Assembly: GCA_021298995.1 (NCBI GenBank)
Contig: JAJTGB010000012.1
Coordinates: forward strand, 1,486 to 65,485
Length of the DNA stretch: 64,000 nucleotides
Source of the DNA: Comamonadaceae bacterium
Lineage (GTDB): Bacteria > Pseudomonadota > Gammaproteobacteria > Burkholderiales > Burkholderiaceae_C
Reading direction: 5' to 3'
In this document: positions 1 to 9,314 of the stretch, piece by piece
Layout: each line of letters opens with the position of its first letter
How positions within the stretch are numbered: the stretch's first letter is position 1
Made by a program: the position numbers and the translations under genes
The notes under the pieces: generated by a model
What the model was told of the DNA's origin: nothing
The model's input: only the letters and a program-made list of their open reading frames with translations
Databases searched by the model: none

Positions 1-83
1 TGTTTTCCACGTTGGTGATCGCGTGCAATCTTTTGGCAGATATTTTGTATGGCTGGCTCGACCCTCGCATCTCCTACAACTGA
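1..83 (+). CDS. 3' end of peptide ABC transporter permease (OppB/DppB-like), partial
   Basis: Frame from position 3 reads FSTLVIACNLLADILYGWLDPRISYN*, the typical NL.AD..Y..LDPRI C-terminus; stop TGA at 81-83. Confidence 0.85.
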   Translation, partial: FSTLVIACNLLADILYGWLDPRISYN

Positions 84-90
84 AGGCAAG

Positions 91-912
91 TTGCCTGCGG
101 TTGCTTCATCTGGTTTCATTGTTCTGGCGGTTCTGTTGGGCCCCTGGGTATGGCGTGTGCCTATCAATGAAATTGACTTCAATGCGCGGATGCAGGGGCC
201 ATCATGGGCCCATCCTCTGGGTACCGACGATCTAGGCCAAGATTTGCTGGCTCGCATGCTTTACGGCGGGCGCATTTCGCTGGCTGTTGGCTTGGCCGCC
301 ATGCTCATTGCCATCAGTGTGGGGGTTGTGGTGGGAGCCGTTGCAGGCATGTCCAAGGGACCCGTTGACGCATTTCTCATGTGGATCACAGACCTTTTCT
401 TGTCCTTGCCCCAATTGCCACTGTTGTTGTTGATTTTTTACCTGTTCAACGACACGCTCAAAAAAATGATCGGTCCAGAGGCTGGCGTGTTCGTTTTGGT
501 GGTGGCTGTGATTGGGGGCTTGCGTTGGATGCCCGTGGCTCGCTTGGTTCGTGCTCAGTTTTTAACGCTTCGTGAAAAAGAATTTGTGGAAGCTGCACGC
601 GCGCTAGGCGCAAGTCCTTGGCGCCAAGTCACCGTGCATATTTTGCCCAACGCCATGGGGCCTGTGATTGTGGCGGCCACCATCGATGTGGCTGCGGCCA
701 TCATTGCAGAGTCCACGTTGTCCTTTTTGGGGCTTGGCTTTCCGCCCGATATCCCAACTTGGGGCCGCATTTTGTTTGATGCCAAAGATCACATGGACGT
801 CGCAGTCCATTGGGCGCTTTTCCCAGGTGCATTGATCTTCATCACGGTGCTCACCATCAATTACATCGGTGACGGTTTGCGTGATGCCTATGATCCCCGC
901 CGTGTGCTTTAA
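91..912 (+). CDS. Peptide ABC transporter permease (OppC/DppC-like), N-terminus appears short
   Basis: HPLGTDDLGQD and EFVEAARALGAS (EAA loop), ends GDGLRDAYDPR; TTG at 91 after GAAGG preferred over ORF start 49, which overlaps oppB. Confidence 0.88.
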   Translation: MPAVASSGFIVLAVLLGPWVWRVPINEIDFNARMQGPSWAHPLGTDDLGQDLLARMLYGGRISLAVGLAAMLIAISVGVVVGAVAGMSKGPVDAFLMWITDLFLSLPQLPLLLLIFYLFNDTLKKMIGPEAGVFVLVVAVIGGLRWMPVARLVRAQFLTLREKEFVEAARALGASPWRQVTVHILPNAMGPVIVAATIDVAAAIIAESTLSFLGLGFPPDIPTWGRILFDAKDHMDVAVHWALFPGALIFITVLTINYIGDGLRDAYDPRRVL

Positions 913-924
913 AGAGGTTTCGGA

Positions 925-1902
925 ATGAGCAACCCCTTGTTGAGAGTTCGTGACCTGCAAGTGCACTTTGATACCGATGCGGGCGTTTTGCATGCGGTCG
1001 ATGGTGTCAATTTTCACATCGACCACAGTGAAACCTTGGGTGTTGTGGGTGAGTCTGGTTGCGGAAAAAGCGTCACGGCCATGACCATCATGAAACTCTT
1101 GGCGATGCCCCCCGGTCGCATTGCCCAAGGTCAAATTTGGTTTGAAGAGCAAGACTTGGTGCAAGCGGATGCGCAAACCATGCGCAATTTGAGGGCCAAA
1201 GAAATTGCCATGATTTTCCAAGAGCCGATGACTTCGCTCAATCCCGTGTTGAGCGTGGGTGAGCAAATTGCAGAATCGCTGCGCTTGCATGAAGGTCTCA
1301 CGCCCAAACAAGCGATGGTCAAGGCTACCGACATGTTGCGTTTGGTCAATATTCCAAAACCAGACCAGCGGGTGAATGACTACCCGCATCAATTTTCTGG
1401 TGGCATGCGCCAGCGCGTGATGATTGCCATGGCACTGGCCTGCAAGCCCAAATTGCTCATCGCAGATGAGCCCACCACCGCTTTGGATGTGACCATTCAA
1501 GCGCAAATTTTGGATTTGTTAAACGATTTGAAATCTCAAATGGGCATGTCCATCATGCTGATCACGCATGCCATGGGGGTGGTAGCCGAAACAGCTCAGC
1601 GGGTGGTGGTGATGTATGCCGGACGTGTGGTTGAAGAAGCCAGTGTTGAAAAATTGTTTGCAACACCGGCACACCCTTATACAAAAGGGCTCATTCGATC
1701 CATTCCTCGCATTGACTTTGACAGTGATCACAAGCAGCGACTTGAAGCGATTCCTGGGTCAGTTCCCAAATTGATCAATCCCCCTATGGGTTGCCGTTTT
1801 GCGCCGCGTTGCCAATACGCCAACGATCGTTGTACGCAAGAAATGCCTGAACTGCGTGAAATTTCGGCGGGCCATTCTGTGGCTTGCCACTTCTCTCTCT
1901 AA
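925..1902 (+). CDS. Peptide ABC transporter ATP-binding protein (OppD/DppD-like)
   Basis: Walker [27 protein letters not shown]-terminal [10 protein letters not shown]. Confidence 0.95.
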   Translation: MSNPLLRVRDLQVHFDTDAGVLHAVDGVNFHIDHSETLGVVGESGCGKSVTAMTIMKLLAMPPGRIAQGQIWFEEQDLVQADAQTMRNLRAKEIAMIFQEPMTSLNPVLSVGEQIAESLRLHEGLTPKQAMVKATDMLRLVNIPKPDQRVNDYPHQFSGGMRQRVMIAMALACKPKLLIADEPTTALDVTIQAQILDLLNDLKSQMGMSIMLITHAMGVVAETAQRVVVMYAGRVVEEASVEKLFATPAHPYTKGLIRSIPRIDFDSDHKQRLEAIPGSVPKLINPPMGCRFAPRCQYANDRCTQEMPELREISAGHSVACHFSL

Positions 1903-1907
1903 ATCAA

Positions 1908-2906
1908 ATGACCGATACGCCCCCCATCACCGCCAGTTCTGCGCCGCTTTTAGAAGTCAAAGGACTGACCAAGTACTTTTCCATCAAGGGCGGTATCTTT
2001 GGTCGAGAAGTGGACCGGCTGCATGCGGTCGATGGTGTGAGCTTTGACATTGCGGCAGGTGAAACACTGGGCATGGTGGGGGAGTCTGGATGCGGCAAAT
2101 CGACCACAGGGCGTTGCATCCTTCGATTGATTGAACCCAGTTCGGGTGAAGTGCATTTTCAGGGTCAAAACGTTTCTACGATGGGCTCAGATGCCTTGCG
2201 CGAAGTGCGGCGCGACATGCAGATTATTTTTCAAGACCCTTATGCGTCCTTAAATCCACGCATGACCGTTGAGGCCATCATTGGTGAAGCCCTGACCATT
2301 CACAAGCTCACGCCTTCCCCTGAAAGTTATCGTGCACGCATTGTCGATTTGTTGGAAACCGTTGGCCTCAACGCCGATCACATGAAGCGGTTTCCGCATG
2401 AGTTTTCTGGCGGACAGCGACAGCGTATTGGTATTGCCCGTGCGCTGGCTGTGTCGCCCAAACTCATTGTGTGTGATGAACCCGTTTCGGCTCTCGATGT
2501 TTCTATTCAGGCACAAGTGATCAACTTGCTGGAAGACTTGCAAGCCAAGATGGGCTTGACCTACTTGTTCATTGCGCACGATTTGTCGGTGGTTGAGCAC
2601 ATTAGCAATCGAGTGGCGGTGATGTATTTGGGCCGCATTGTTGAAATTGCGCCGTCGCGTCAGCTCTACACGCAGCCTAAACACCCCTATACAGAAGCTT
2701 TGTTGTCTGCGGTCCCTATTCCAGACCCTACTGCCAAGAAAAAAAGAATTGTGCTCACGGGAGACGTACCCAATCCTGTCAATCGACCCAGTGGTTGTCA
2801 CTTTCACCCTCGTTGTCCGAAGGCCATGGACAGATGTCGCTCGGAAGAACCCGTTTTGAAATTTGTGGGCGATCAGCACCAAGCTGCCTGTCATTTAAAC
2901 GATTGA
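1908..2906 (+). CDS. Peptide ABC transporter ATP-binding protein (OppF/DppF-like)
   Basis: [34 protein letters not shown]; ATG at 1908. Confidence 0.95.
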   Translation: MTDTPPITASSAPLLEVKGLTKYFSIKGGIFGREVDRLHAVDGVSFDIAAGETLGMVGESGCGKSTTGRCILRLIEPSSGEVHFQGQNVSTMGSDALREVRRDMQIIFQDPYASLNPRMTVEAIIGEALTIHKLTPSPESYRARIVDLLETVGLNADHMKRFPHEFSGGQRQRIGIARALAVSPKLIVCDEPVSALDVSIQAQVINLLEDLQAKMGLTYLFIAHDLSVVEHISNRVAVMYLGRIVEIAPSRQLYTQPKHPYTEALLSAVPIPDPTAKKKRIVLTGDVPNPVNRPSGCHFHPRCPKAMDRCRSEEPVLKFVGDQHQAACHLND

Positions 2907-2949
2907 ATTTTTGGCGCACGGTGCGTCTGCTTCTGAAGGATTTATAGCA

Positions 2950-4569
2950 ATGTTAAATTGGATTGATGATCGGATACCTTTGCGCTACATGGCGTTCTTT
3001 GTCATCGTTGCGCTTTGGGTTGTATCGGCATTGCAGTTGGTAGTGGGGCAGGCCAGCCTCATTTGGGTTCTTCTCTTGTCCGCGCTGGTCATTGTGGGTG
3101 TGCATGATCTGCAGCAAACCAGACATGCGATATTGCGCAATTACCCCATCATTGGTCACTTGCGTTTTTTGCTGGAATTCATTCGCCCAGAACTGCGTCA
3201 GTATTTCATTGAGGGCGACAGTGAAGCTGTGCCATTTTCACGCTCACAGCGCTCATTGGTCTATGCCAGAGCCAAAGGCGATTCAGACAAACGACCCTTC
3301 GGCACGCAGTTGGATGTTCGCGCAGTGGGTTATGAGTGGCTAACTCACTCCATGAGTCCATCTGAGATCGAATCGCACGACTTCAGAGTGGCAGTTGGTG
3401 GCTCACAATGCAAACAGCCTTACCAGATCAGTTTGTTCAATGTGTCTGCCATGAGCTTTGGCGCATTGAGTGCCAACGCCATCATGGCCTTGAACAAAGG
3501 CGCCAAAAAAGGTGGTTTTGCACACGATACCGGTGAGGGTTCAATTTCAAGGTATCACCGTGAACATGGTGGTGATTTGATTTGGGAAATTGGTTCAGGC
3601 TATTTTGGATGTCGCAATGAGGATGGCACTTTCAGTGCCGAGCGCTTTGTTCAAAATGCCTTGTCGCCTCAAGTCAAAATGATTGAAATCAAACTGAGCC
3701 AAGGTGCCAAGCCTGGTCATGGGGGTGTCTTACCCGGACCCAAGGTAACGCCTGAGATTGCAGAGGCGAGGGGAGTGCCAGTGGGGGTCGATTGCGTATC
3801 ACCAGCAGCACACAGCAGTTTTTCAACACCCACCGAACTTTTACAGTTTATTCAAAAGTTAAGGGAACTCAGTGGCGGCAAGCCCGTTGGATTCAAGTTG
3901 TGTGTGGGCCATCCCTGGGAGTGGTTTGGAATTGCCAAAGCCATGCAGAAAACCGAAATCTACCCCGACTTCATTGTGGTGGATGGATCTGAGGGGGGCA
4001 CTGGCGCTGCCCCAGTAGAGTTCACCGACCACATGGGAATGCCCATGCTGGAAGGTTTGCGTTTGGTTCACAACACCCTGGTGGGCTTGAAATTGCGGAA
4101 ACAAATTCGCTTGGGTGCCAGTGGCAAAATTATCAGCGGCTTTGACGTCATGCGCACCTTGGCACTGGGCGCAGACTGGTGCAACAGTGCACGGGGTTTT
4201 ATGTTTGCATTGGGTTGTATTCAAGCTCAAACATGCCATACAGGCAATTGCCCAACGGGTGTGACCACACAAGATCCAAAGCGTCAAATTGCTTTGGTTG
4301 TTCCAAGCAAAGCAGAGCGTGTATTTAATTTTCACCATCAGACTTTGGAGTCGGTCAGAGAAATGCTCCAAGCGACAGGATTGCAATCGCCCTCAGAATT
4401 GCGCTTGCATCACATCATGCGCCGCGTGAGCGAACATGAAATTCAAAACTTGTCCGATCTGATGCAAAATGTGGCGGGTGGTGCTTTGCTTGAGTCGAAA
4501 AGCCTGGAAGGCTTGTTTGCCAAATACTGGGAAGCGTCTAGCCCCGACAGCTTTCAGCTTACAACTTAA
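2950..4569 (+). CDS. FMN-binding glutamate synthase family protein with N-terminal membrane anchor
   Basis: SAMSFGALS, EIKLSQGAKPGHGG, VDGSEGGTGAAP and 3Fe-4S motif CIQAQTCHTGNCPTG; two hydrophobic N-terminal segments. Confidence 0.9.
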   Translation: MLNWIDDRIPLRYMAFFVIVALWVVSALQLVVGQASLIWVLLLSALVIVGVHDLQQTRHAILRNYPIIGHLRFLLEFIRPELRQYFIEGDSEAVPFSRSQRSLVYARAKGDSDKRPFGTQLDVRAVGYEWLTHSMSPSEIESHDFRVAVGGSQCKQPYQISLFNVSAMSFGALSANAIMALNKGAKKGGFAHDTGEGSISRYHREHGGDLIWEIGSGYFGCRNEDGTFSAERFVQNALSPQVKMIEIKLSQGAKPGHGGVLPGPKVTPEIAEARGVPVGVDCVSPAAHSSFSTPTELLQFIQKLRELSGGKPVGFKLCVGHPWEWFGIAKAMQKTEIYPDFIVVDGSEGGTGAAPVEFTDHMGMPMLEGLRLVHNTLVGLKLRKQIRLGASGKIISGFDVMRTLALGADWCNSARGFMFALGCIQAQTCHTGNCPTGVTTQDPKRQIALVVPSKAERVFNFHHQTLESVREMLQATGLQSPSELRLHHIMRRVSEHEIQNLSDLMQNVAGGALLESKSLEGLFAKYWEASSPDSFQLTT

Positions 4570-4579
4570 TTCAGACGGT

Positions 4580-4608
4580 CCTGCGAATCAATTGGCAGGG
4601 TTTCATTT
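4580..4608 (+). terminator. Possible intrinsic terminator
   Basis: CCTGC...GCAGG stem followed by GTTTCATTT just after the stop at 4569. Confidence 0.35.
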
Positions 4609-4637
4609 CAACTCAATCCAGGCTCTTGTCGTTGGAC

Positions 4638-4678
4638 TTGACCAATGTCAATGGTTTTAAAGGGCATTGCTGTATATT
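4638..4678 (+). promoter_or_regulatory. FNR/CRP-family-like palindrome plus candidate -10 box
   Basis: TTGAC-CAAT-GTCAA at 4638-4651; TATATT at 4673-4678. Confidence 0.4.
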
Positions 4679-4715
4679 GATTTGCTGCTCATTGATCTCA
4701 GAATTGAAGGACTGT

Positions 4716-5726
4716 ATGTCGTTTTTCAGGGTGTTTTTTGCCGTTGTAGCGTTGTTTGCAGCGACTGTTTTGAATGCTCAACCTCAGGCAAATCAGGTCA
4801 AAGTTAGCTCGACTGGCAATATAGTTTCTCCATTTGTGGTCAATATTTGGCCTCAAATTCCGTTTGTCCGTGGCAAAGACTTGTGCCAATACCATGATGC
4901 GTACGGGCGGACTAAAAGTGACCAAATGGCCGAGATGACCCACACCATTCGCGATTTGTTGCGCGAAGGTGTTGATTCTCGCAATATGTTGGCTTTGCTC
5001 AATGCCATGGATGGCCAAGTCAATCAACAAAGATCAGTGGCTGGCAGCAGCCCTGGCATGGACATCATGCTTGCAGGGTCACTCAAAGCCTCTCTAGACA
5101 AGGTGTATCGTGATCGCAACCCACAGATTCGCAGGTTTGTTTTCTTTAACACCAAACCATTGAATGAGTTGTTGCGTGAAATGAGAGCACCGCAAACCCA
5201 AGTTGTTTGGGATCCGAAATTCATCAAGTCATTGTCGGGGGTCGCTTATGGCACTTATTCCTATGCACCCAGTTGCAAGGGTGACTTGTTGGTCACTGTG
5301 CATGTTGATCTCAGCTGTGGCAACACCTACCATTTTCAAGCACAAGGCTTTCCTGAGCAGGTCATGCAAAACATTGGCGTTCAAATCTTTGAAACATTCC
5401 ACCAAACGCAGTTTCCATCCAAATTGAAAATTGGCACCAAGCAATTGGAGTTGGTGGGAGCACCTGGAACAGGTGTGAGCGTTGCACCCACGCCTCGATC
5501 TGCTGAAATGGCTTGCAAGGCTATTCAAGCAAGACTGCCTACTGAAGAAGAATACGAGTATTTGTCCAATGTGGGTGATTGGAATGGCGGAGTGACTTGT
5601 TCGCGCAATAAATTGTGGGCCATGACCAACAACATGGTGATGGCGCCTGATCTGCGCAACCCTTCACCTGTTAGACCTGTCGCCGAGTTTCCTGGACAAG
5701 TCTTTAGTTATTACTGCGTTCGTTAA
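4716..5726 (+). CDS. Secreted hypothetical protein with probable C-terminal C-type lectin/FGE-like domain
   Basis: GAAGGA before ATG 4716; signal peptide MSFFRVFFAVVALFAATVLNA; AEMACK...RLPTEEEYEY...W...YYCVR. Confidence 0.75.
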   Translation: MSFFRVFFAVVALFAATVLNAQPQANQVKVSSTGNIVSPFVVNIWPQIPFVRGKDLCQYHDAYGRTKSDQMAEMTHTIRDLLREGVDSRNMLALLNAMDGQVNQQRSVAGSSPGMDIMLAGSLKASLDKVYRDRNPQIRRFVFFNTKPLNELLREMRAPQTQVVWDPKFIKSLSGVAYGTYSYAPSCKGDLLVTVHVDLSCGNTYHFQAQGFPEQVMQNIGVQIFETFHQTQFPSKLKIGTKQLELVGAPGTGVSVAPTPRSAEMACKAIQARLPTEEEYEYLSNVGDWNGGVTCSRNKLWAMTNNMVMAPDLRNPSPVRPVAEFPGQVFSYYCVR

Positions 5727-5748
5727 ACCAATCCACTTGAAAGACACT

Positions 5749-6033
5749 GTGATTTACAAATTCAAATCCAAAGTGACGGGTGATCTCATCATGCTGGAGC
5801 CTGATGCCAAAAGGCTTCTTCGCATCATGGACAAAACAGATCAAGCCAAAGGTATTTTGCTGGCGGCGCAAATTTCCGATGCCATGGCTGCCATTGAAAA
5901 AGCAATTGCACTTGAAGAAACAGAAGGCATCCAAGATCCCAAGCAAGTGAGCTTGCGACAGCGAAGCATGCCCATGTTGAAAATGTTAAAGCAGTGCCAC
6001 GATCAATCAGAGGATGTGGTTTGGGGAGTCTAG
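5749..6033 (+). CDS. DUF1840-family protein
   Basis: IYKFKSKVTGDLIML start, VSLRQR and terminal VVWGV are typical of this betaproteobacterial family; GTG start at 5749. Confidence 0.8.
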   Translation: MIYKFKSKVTGDLIMLEPDAKRLLRIMDKTDQAKGILLAAQISDAMAAIEKAIALEETEGIQDPKQVSLRQRSMPMLKMLKQCHDQSEDVVWGV

Positions 6034-6059
6034 TCTCAAACTTACAACGGGCTAGTCTG

Positions 6060-6593
6060 TCACTTGGTAAACATGGAACCAGTGAGCTTGAAACCCGCTT
6101 GAATATTTCGTTTTGCAAACCACGCTAGATTCATTTCCAAAACAAATCGAACCGGCTTTGTAGAGCAGTATGAATCGTCGCTCATCGGTTTCATGTCAAG
6201 CAAATTGACAATGGTGCCATCGTCTGCCACAAAAGCTGCGGTCAGTGGCAGCAGGGTATTGCGCATCCAAAAACATTGCACAGAGGGCTGCTCAAAAATA
6301 AACAGCATGCCCTCGTTTTGCGGCATTTCTTTGCGCCACATGAGGCCAATTTGGCGTTGCTCAAAGTTTTGTGCCAACTGAACTTGAATGAGGTGCATGC
6401 CTGCACTCAGGTTGGCTCTTTGTAGGTTGATTTGAGGTCTACCTTGTGGGGTGCCTTGTGCGATTGCAGAAAACGACATCAATGCAACTAACAAGCTGCC
6501 CGAAATCTTTTTCAAGATGGCTGGCAAATGTCCGAATTGGAATAATGGATGATGGGTCATAAGGAGGCTGAACAGAACCAATGGTAAGGTCAA
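6060..6593 (-). CDS. DUF192-family protein
   Basis: RQIGLMWR, EGMLFIF, CFWMRNTLLPL, FVLEMN motifs; true start probably downstream of 6593. Confidence 0.88.
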   Translation of the reverse strand: MTLPLVLFSLLMTHHPLFQFGHLPAILKKISGSLLVALMSFSAIAQGTPQGRPQINLQRANLSAGMHLIQVQLAQNFEQRQIGLMWRKEMPQNEGMLFIFEQPSVQCFWMRNTLLPLTAAFVADDGTIVNLLDMKPMSDDSYCSTKPVRFVLEMNLAWFAKRNIQAGFKLTGSMFTK

Positions 6594-6638
6594 TTGTGAC
6601 TTATTTTGTCCTAGAATGATTCATCGGAGATTTTGTCC

Positions 6639-7898
6639 ATGTACCAATACATTCAAGTTCCCAAGCAAGGCGCCAAAATCACGGTCAATGCCGACAATTC
6701 ATTGAATGTGCCTCTGAACCCCATCATCCCTTTCATCGAAGGCGATGGCACTGGCGTAGACATTACACCTGTCATGATCAAGGTGGTCAATGCAGCGGTC
6801 AAGCAAGCCTATCAAGGGCAGCGTGAAATTCAGTGGATGGAAGTTTTTGCAGGTCAAAAAGCAACTCAGCATTATGGACCCGATGTGTATTTGCCATCTG
6901 AAACTTTGGCGGCTCTGAAAGAGTTTGTGGTTTCCATCAAAGGCCCCTTGAGTGCACCTTCCTCGGGTCACATTCGGTCCCTGAATGTGGCAATTAGGCA
7001 AGAGCTTGATTTGTTTGCGTGCGTCAGACCACTGCGGTATTTCAAAGGCGTTCCATCGCCCGTTCGGGAGCCTGAAAAAACTAACATCACTTTATTTCGT
7101 GAAAATTCTGAAGACATCTACGCGGGCATTGAATACGCTGCCCAGAGTGAAGCGGCGCAAAAGTTGATTGCTTTTTTAACCACCGAATTGGGTGTTAACA
7201 GCATTAGATTCCCGGAATCATCTGGCATTGGCATTAAGCCGGTTTCTAGCGAAGGCACACAGCGTTTGGTCCGAAAGGCTATTCAATACGCCATTGACCA
7301 CGACAAACCCAGTGTCACTATTGTGCACAAGGGAGCTATCATGAGGTACACAGAAGGTGCCTTTCGCGATTGGGCTTACCAATTGGCAGAAACTGAATTT
7401 GCTGCACAGCGCATCGATGGTGGTCCTTGGTGCCTTGTTCAGAGTCCCAAAACAGGCAAGAGCATCACCATCAAGGACATGGCCATGGACGCTTTCTTGC
7501 AACAAATTTTGATGCGCCCTCAAGAGTTTTCGGTGGTGGCCACTTTGAATCTCAATGGCGACTACATTTCTGATGCGGTCTCCGCTCAAGTGGGGGGCAT
7601 CGGAATTGCCCCCGGCGCCAACATGTCTGACACTGTGGCTTGCTTTGAGGCCACTGTTGATGCTTTTTCAAAGTTTGCAGGCAAAGACTATGTCAACCCT
7701 GGCTCAGAAATTTTGTCCGCAGAAATGATGCTCAGGTACATGGGTTGGACTCAGGCCGCTGACCTCATTGTTCACGCCATGGAAGCTGCAATTCAGAGTA
7801 AAAAAGTGACCCACGACTTTGCCAAGCTCATGGATGGCGCCTCCCAAGTGAGTTGCTCTGGATTTGGTCAGGTGATCATTGACCACATGTCAGTCTAG
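6639..7898 (+). CDS. icd: Homodimeric isocitrate dehydrogenase homologue with degenerate cofactor-binding motifs
   Basis: [50 protein letters not shown]; GGAG before ATG 6639. Confidence 0.93.
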   Translation: MYQYIQVPKQGAKITVNADNSLNVPLNPIIPFIEGDGTGVDITPVMIKVVNAAVKQAYQGQREIQWMEVFAGQKATQHYGPDVYLPSETLAALKEFVVSIKGPLSAPSSGHIRSLNVAIRQELDLFACVRPLRYFKGVPSPVREPEKTNITLFRENSEDIYAGIEYAAQSEAAQKLIAFLTTELGVNSIRFPESSGIGIKPVSSEGTQRLVRKAIQYAIDHDKPSVTIVHKGAIMRYTEGAFRDWAYQLAETEFAAQRIDGGPWCLVQSPKTGKSITIKDMAMDAFLQQILMRPQEFSVVATLNLNGDYISDAVSAQVGGIGIAPGANMSDTVACFEATVDAFSKFAGKDYVNPGSEILSAEMMLRYMGWTQAADLIVHAMEAAIQSKKVTHDFAKLMDGASQVSCSGFGQVIIDHMSV

Positions 7899-7925
7899 CG
7901 GTGGCCGTTGCAAAGCTTGACCATC

Positions 7926-8258
7926 ATGTATGAAGAAAACCAAAGCTTTGTCGCCGATTCGTTCATGGCGCTGTATGTCAAACCTGGCCAATACAAACCC
8001 AGCTTGCCGCGGACTGAGCTTTTGCAAAGATACGAATTGTGTGAAGACTTGGCCACGATGTTACAAGACACCGTCAGTACCCAACAATTCCAGCTTGGGA
8101 TCACTGAAGACGATGCTTTGAAAACATGCTGGCAAGGCCTGTTGGCGCAGCCGGAATTGGTTCAGACCCCAGAGGCGTTTTGGGTTGTTTGTCGACTGGC
8201 AGAACTCTTATCTTGGCCCATTCCTGAGCATCAATGGGATTCTCCACAACAGCCCTAG
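7926..8258 (+). CDS. Conserved hypothetical protein
   Basis: Clean ORF between icd and the LysR gene; ENQ..V..SF.AL and RYELCEDLA resemble a small Comamonadaceae family. Confidence 0.7.
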   Translation: MYEENQSFVADSFMALYVKPGQYKPSLPRTELLQRYELCEDLATMLQDTVSTQQFQLGITEDDALKTCWQGLLAQPELVQTPEAFWVVCRLAELLSWPIPEHQWDSPQQP

Positions 8259-8271
8259 CAGTCACGCACCT

Positions 8272-8318
8272 TCACTAAAACTCATGCCAAAGCAAAAAAT
8301 CGTGAGCTTAGTTAAGAT
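8272..8318 (+). promoter_or_regulatory. LysR-type T-N11-A boxes and -10 box
   Basis: TCACTAAAACTCA (8272-8284), TGAGCTTAGTTAA (8303-8315), TAAGAT (8313-8318) 6 nt before the ATG. Confidence 0.4.
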
Positions 8319-8324
8319 CGGGGT

Positions 8325-9266
8325 ATGAGAAAACTTCCACCATTGAACGCTGTCAGGGCATTTGAGGCAGCAGCGCGTCATATCAGCTTTACCAAAGCCG
8401 CCAAAGAGCTTTTTGTCACCCACGGTGCTGTTAGCAAACAAGTCGCAAGTCTAGAAACTTGGTTAGGAACGGCACTCTTTAATCGAGCGCAATCGCAGTT
8501 AAGTTTGACGGATGCAGGCAAGACCTTCCTGGCGGCCGTCACGCCGGCATTAGACCGAATTGCCATCACGTCCATGCAGTTGTTGGAACACACCGAGCCG
8601 ACAGCTTTGCGAATCAGTGCACCCCCTACCTTCACCATGAGGTGGTTAATTCCTAGAATTTCGGCTTTTCAGAGGAAGCGCGGGGGTGTTGAAGTTAAAT
8701 TAACAACTTCAACGGCGCCCGTTAACTTTGAAGATCGCATTTACGACGTGGCCATCCGAGGGTCGAATCAAGCTATTCCTGGCATGCTTTCTGTACCGTT
8801 CATGACAGAAACCATCGTGCCCGTTTGTCATCCAGATTTGATGGAAAACGGCCAATTGGATTATCCCAAGCTGCTCGCAAACCACACGCTGATCAGCTAT
8901 GACACCGAGCCCATGGCCTGGTCAGAATGGTTGTCAATGGCATCTCAACCCGATCTGCGGGTTTTTCATTCCTTGCAGTTTGAGCAAATGTATTTTGCAC
9001 TCCAGGCCGCAGCAGAGGGCCTGGGGGTGGTGCTCGTACCCTTGTTTTTGGTGGTAGACGACATCATTGCTGGCCGTATGTGTGCCCCTTTTGGTTTGCT
9101 TGGAGCTAGACAACGCCGCTATTACGCCAATGCGTCCCTCAGTAACCATGAAAGCCCCATCATTGCTGGTTTTTGTGAGTGGCTCTTGAAAGAGGGCCAA
9201 GATACTGAACAATCGATTGATCAGTGGTCATCCGCCATGGGCTGGACGCCTTCCATGCCTTCGTAG
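8325..9266 (+). CDS. LysR-family regulator, GcvA-like
   Basis: LPPLNAVRAFEAAARHISFTKAAKELFVTHGAVSKQV HTH; RWLIPR. Confidence 0.93.
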   Translation: MRKLPPLNAVRAFEAAARHISFTKAAKELFVTHGAVSKQVASLETWLGTALFNRAQSQLSLTDAGKTFLAAVTPALDRIAITSMQLLEHTEPTALRISAPPTFTMRWLIPRISAFQRKRGGVEVKLTTSTAPVNFEDRIYDVAIRGSNQAIPGMLSVPFMTETIVPVCHPDLMENGQLDYPKLLANHTLISYDTEPMAWSEWLSMASQPDLRVFHSLQFEQMYFALQAAAEGLGVVLVPLFLVVDDIIAGRMCAPFGLLGARQRRYYANASLSNHESPIIAGFCEWLLKEGQDTEQSIDQWSSAMGWTPSMPS

Positions 9267-9314
9267 TTTTAAATTCTGTACCCAACACCTCCCTTTGAAT
9301 GAGTATTCCCTTTC

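Noticed and set aside
604-1506. Long antisense ORFs over ABC genes (also 2250-2894, 41175-41978, 42209-42955)
   Set aside because: Shadow frames of well-supported genes, with no recognisable motifs.
5500-5726. Diversity-generating retroelement targeting the CLec-like tail
   Set aside because: No reverse transcriptase and no template repeat of this 3' region seen in the window; a remote DGR cannot be excluded.
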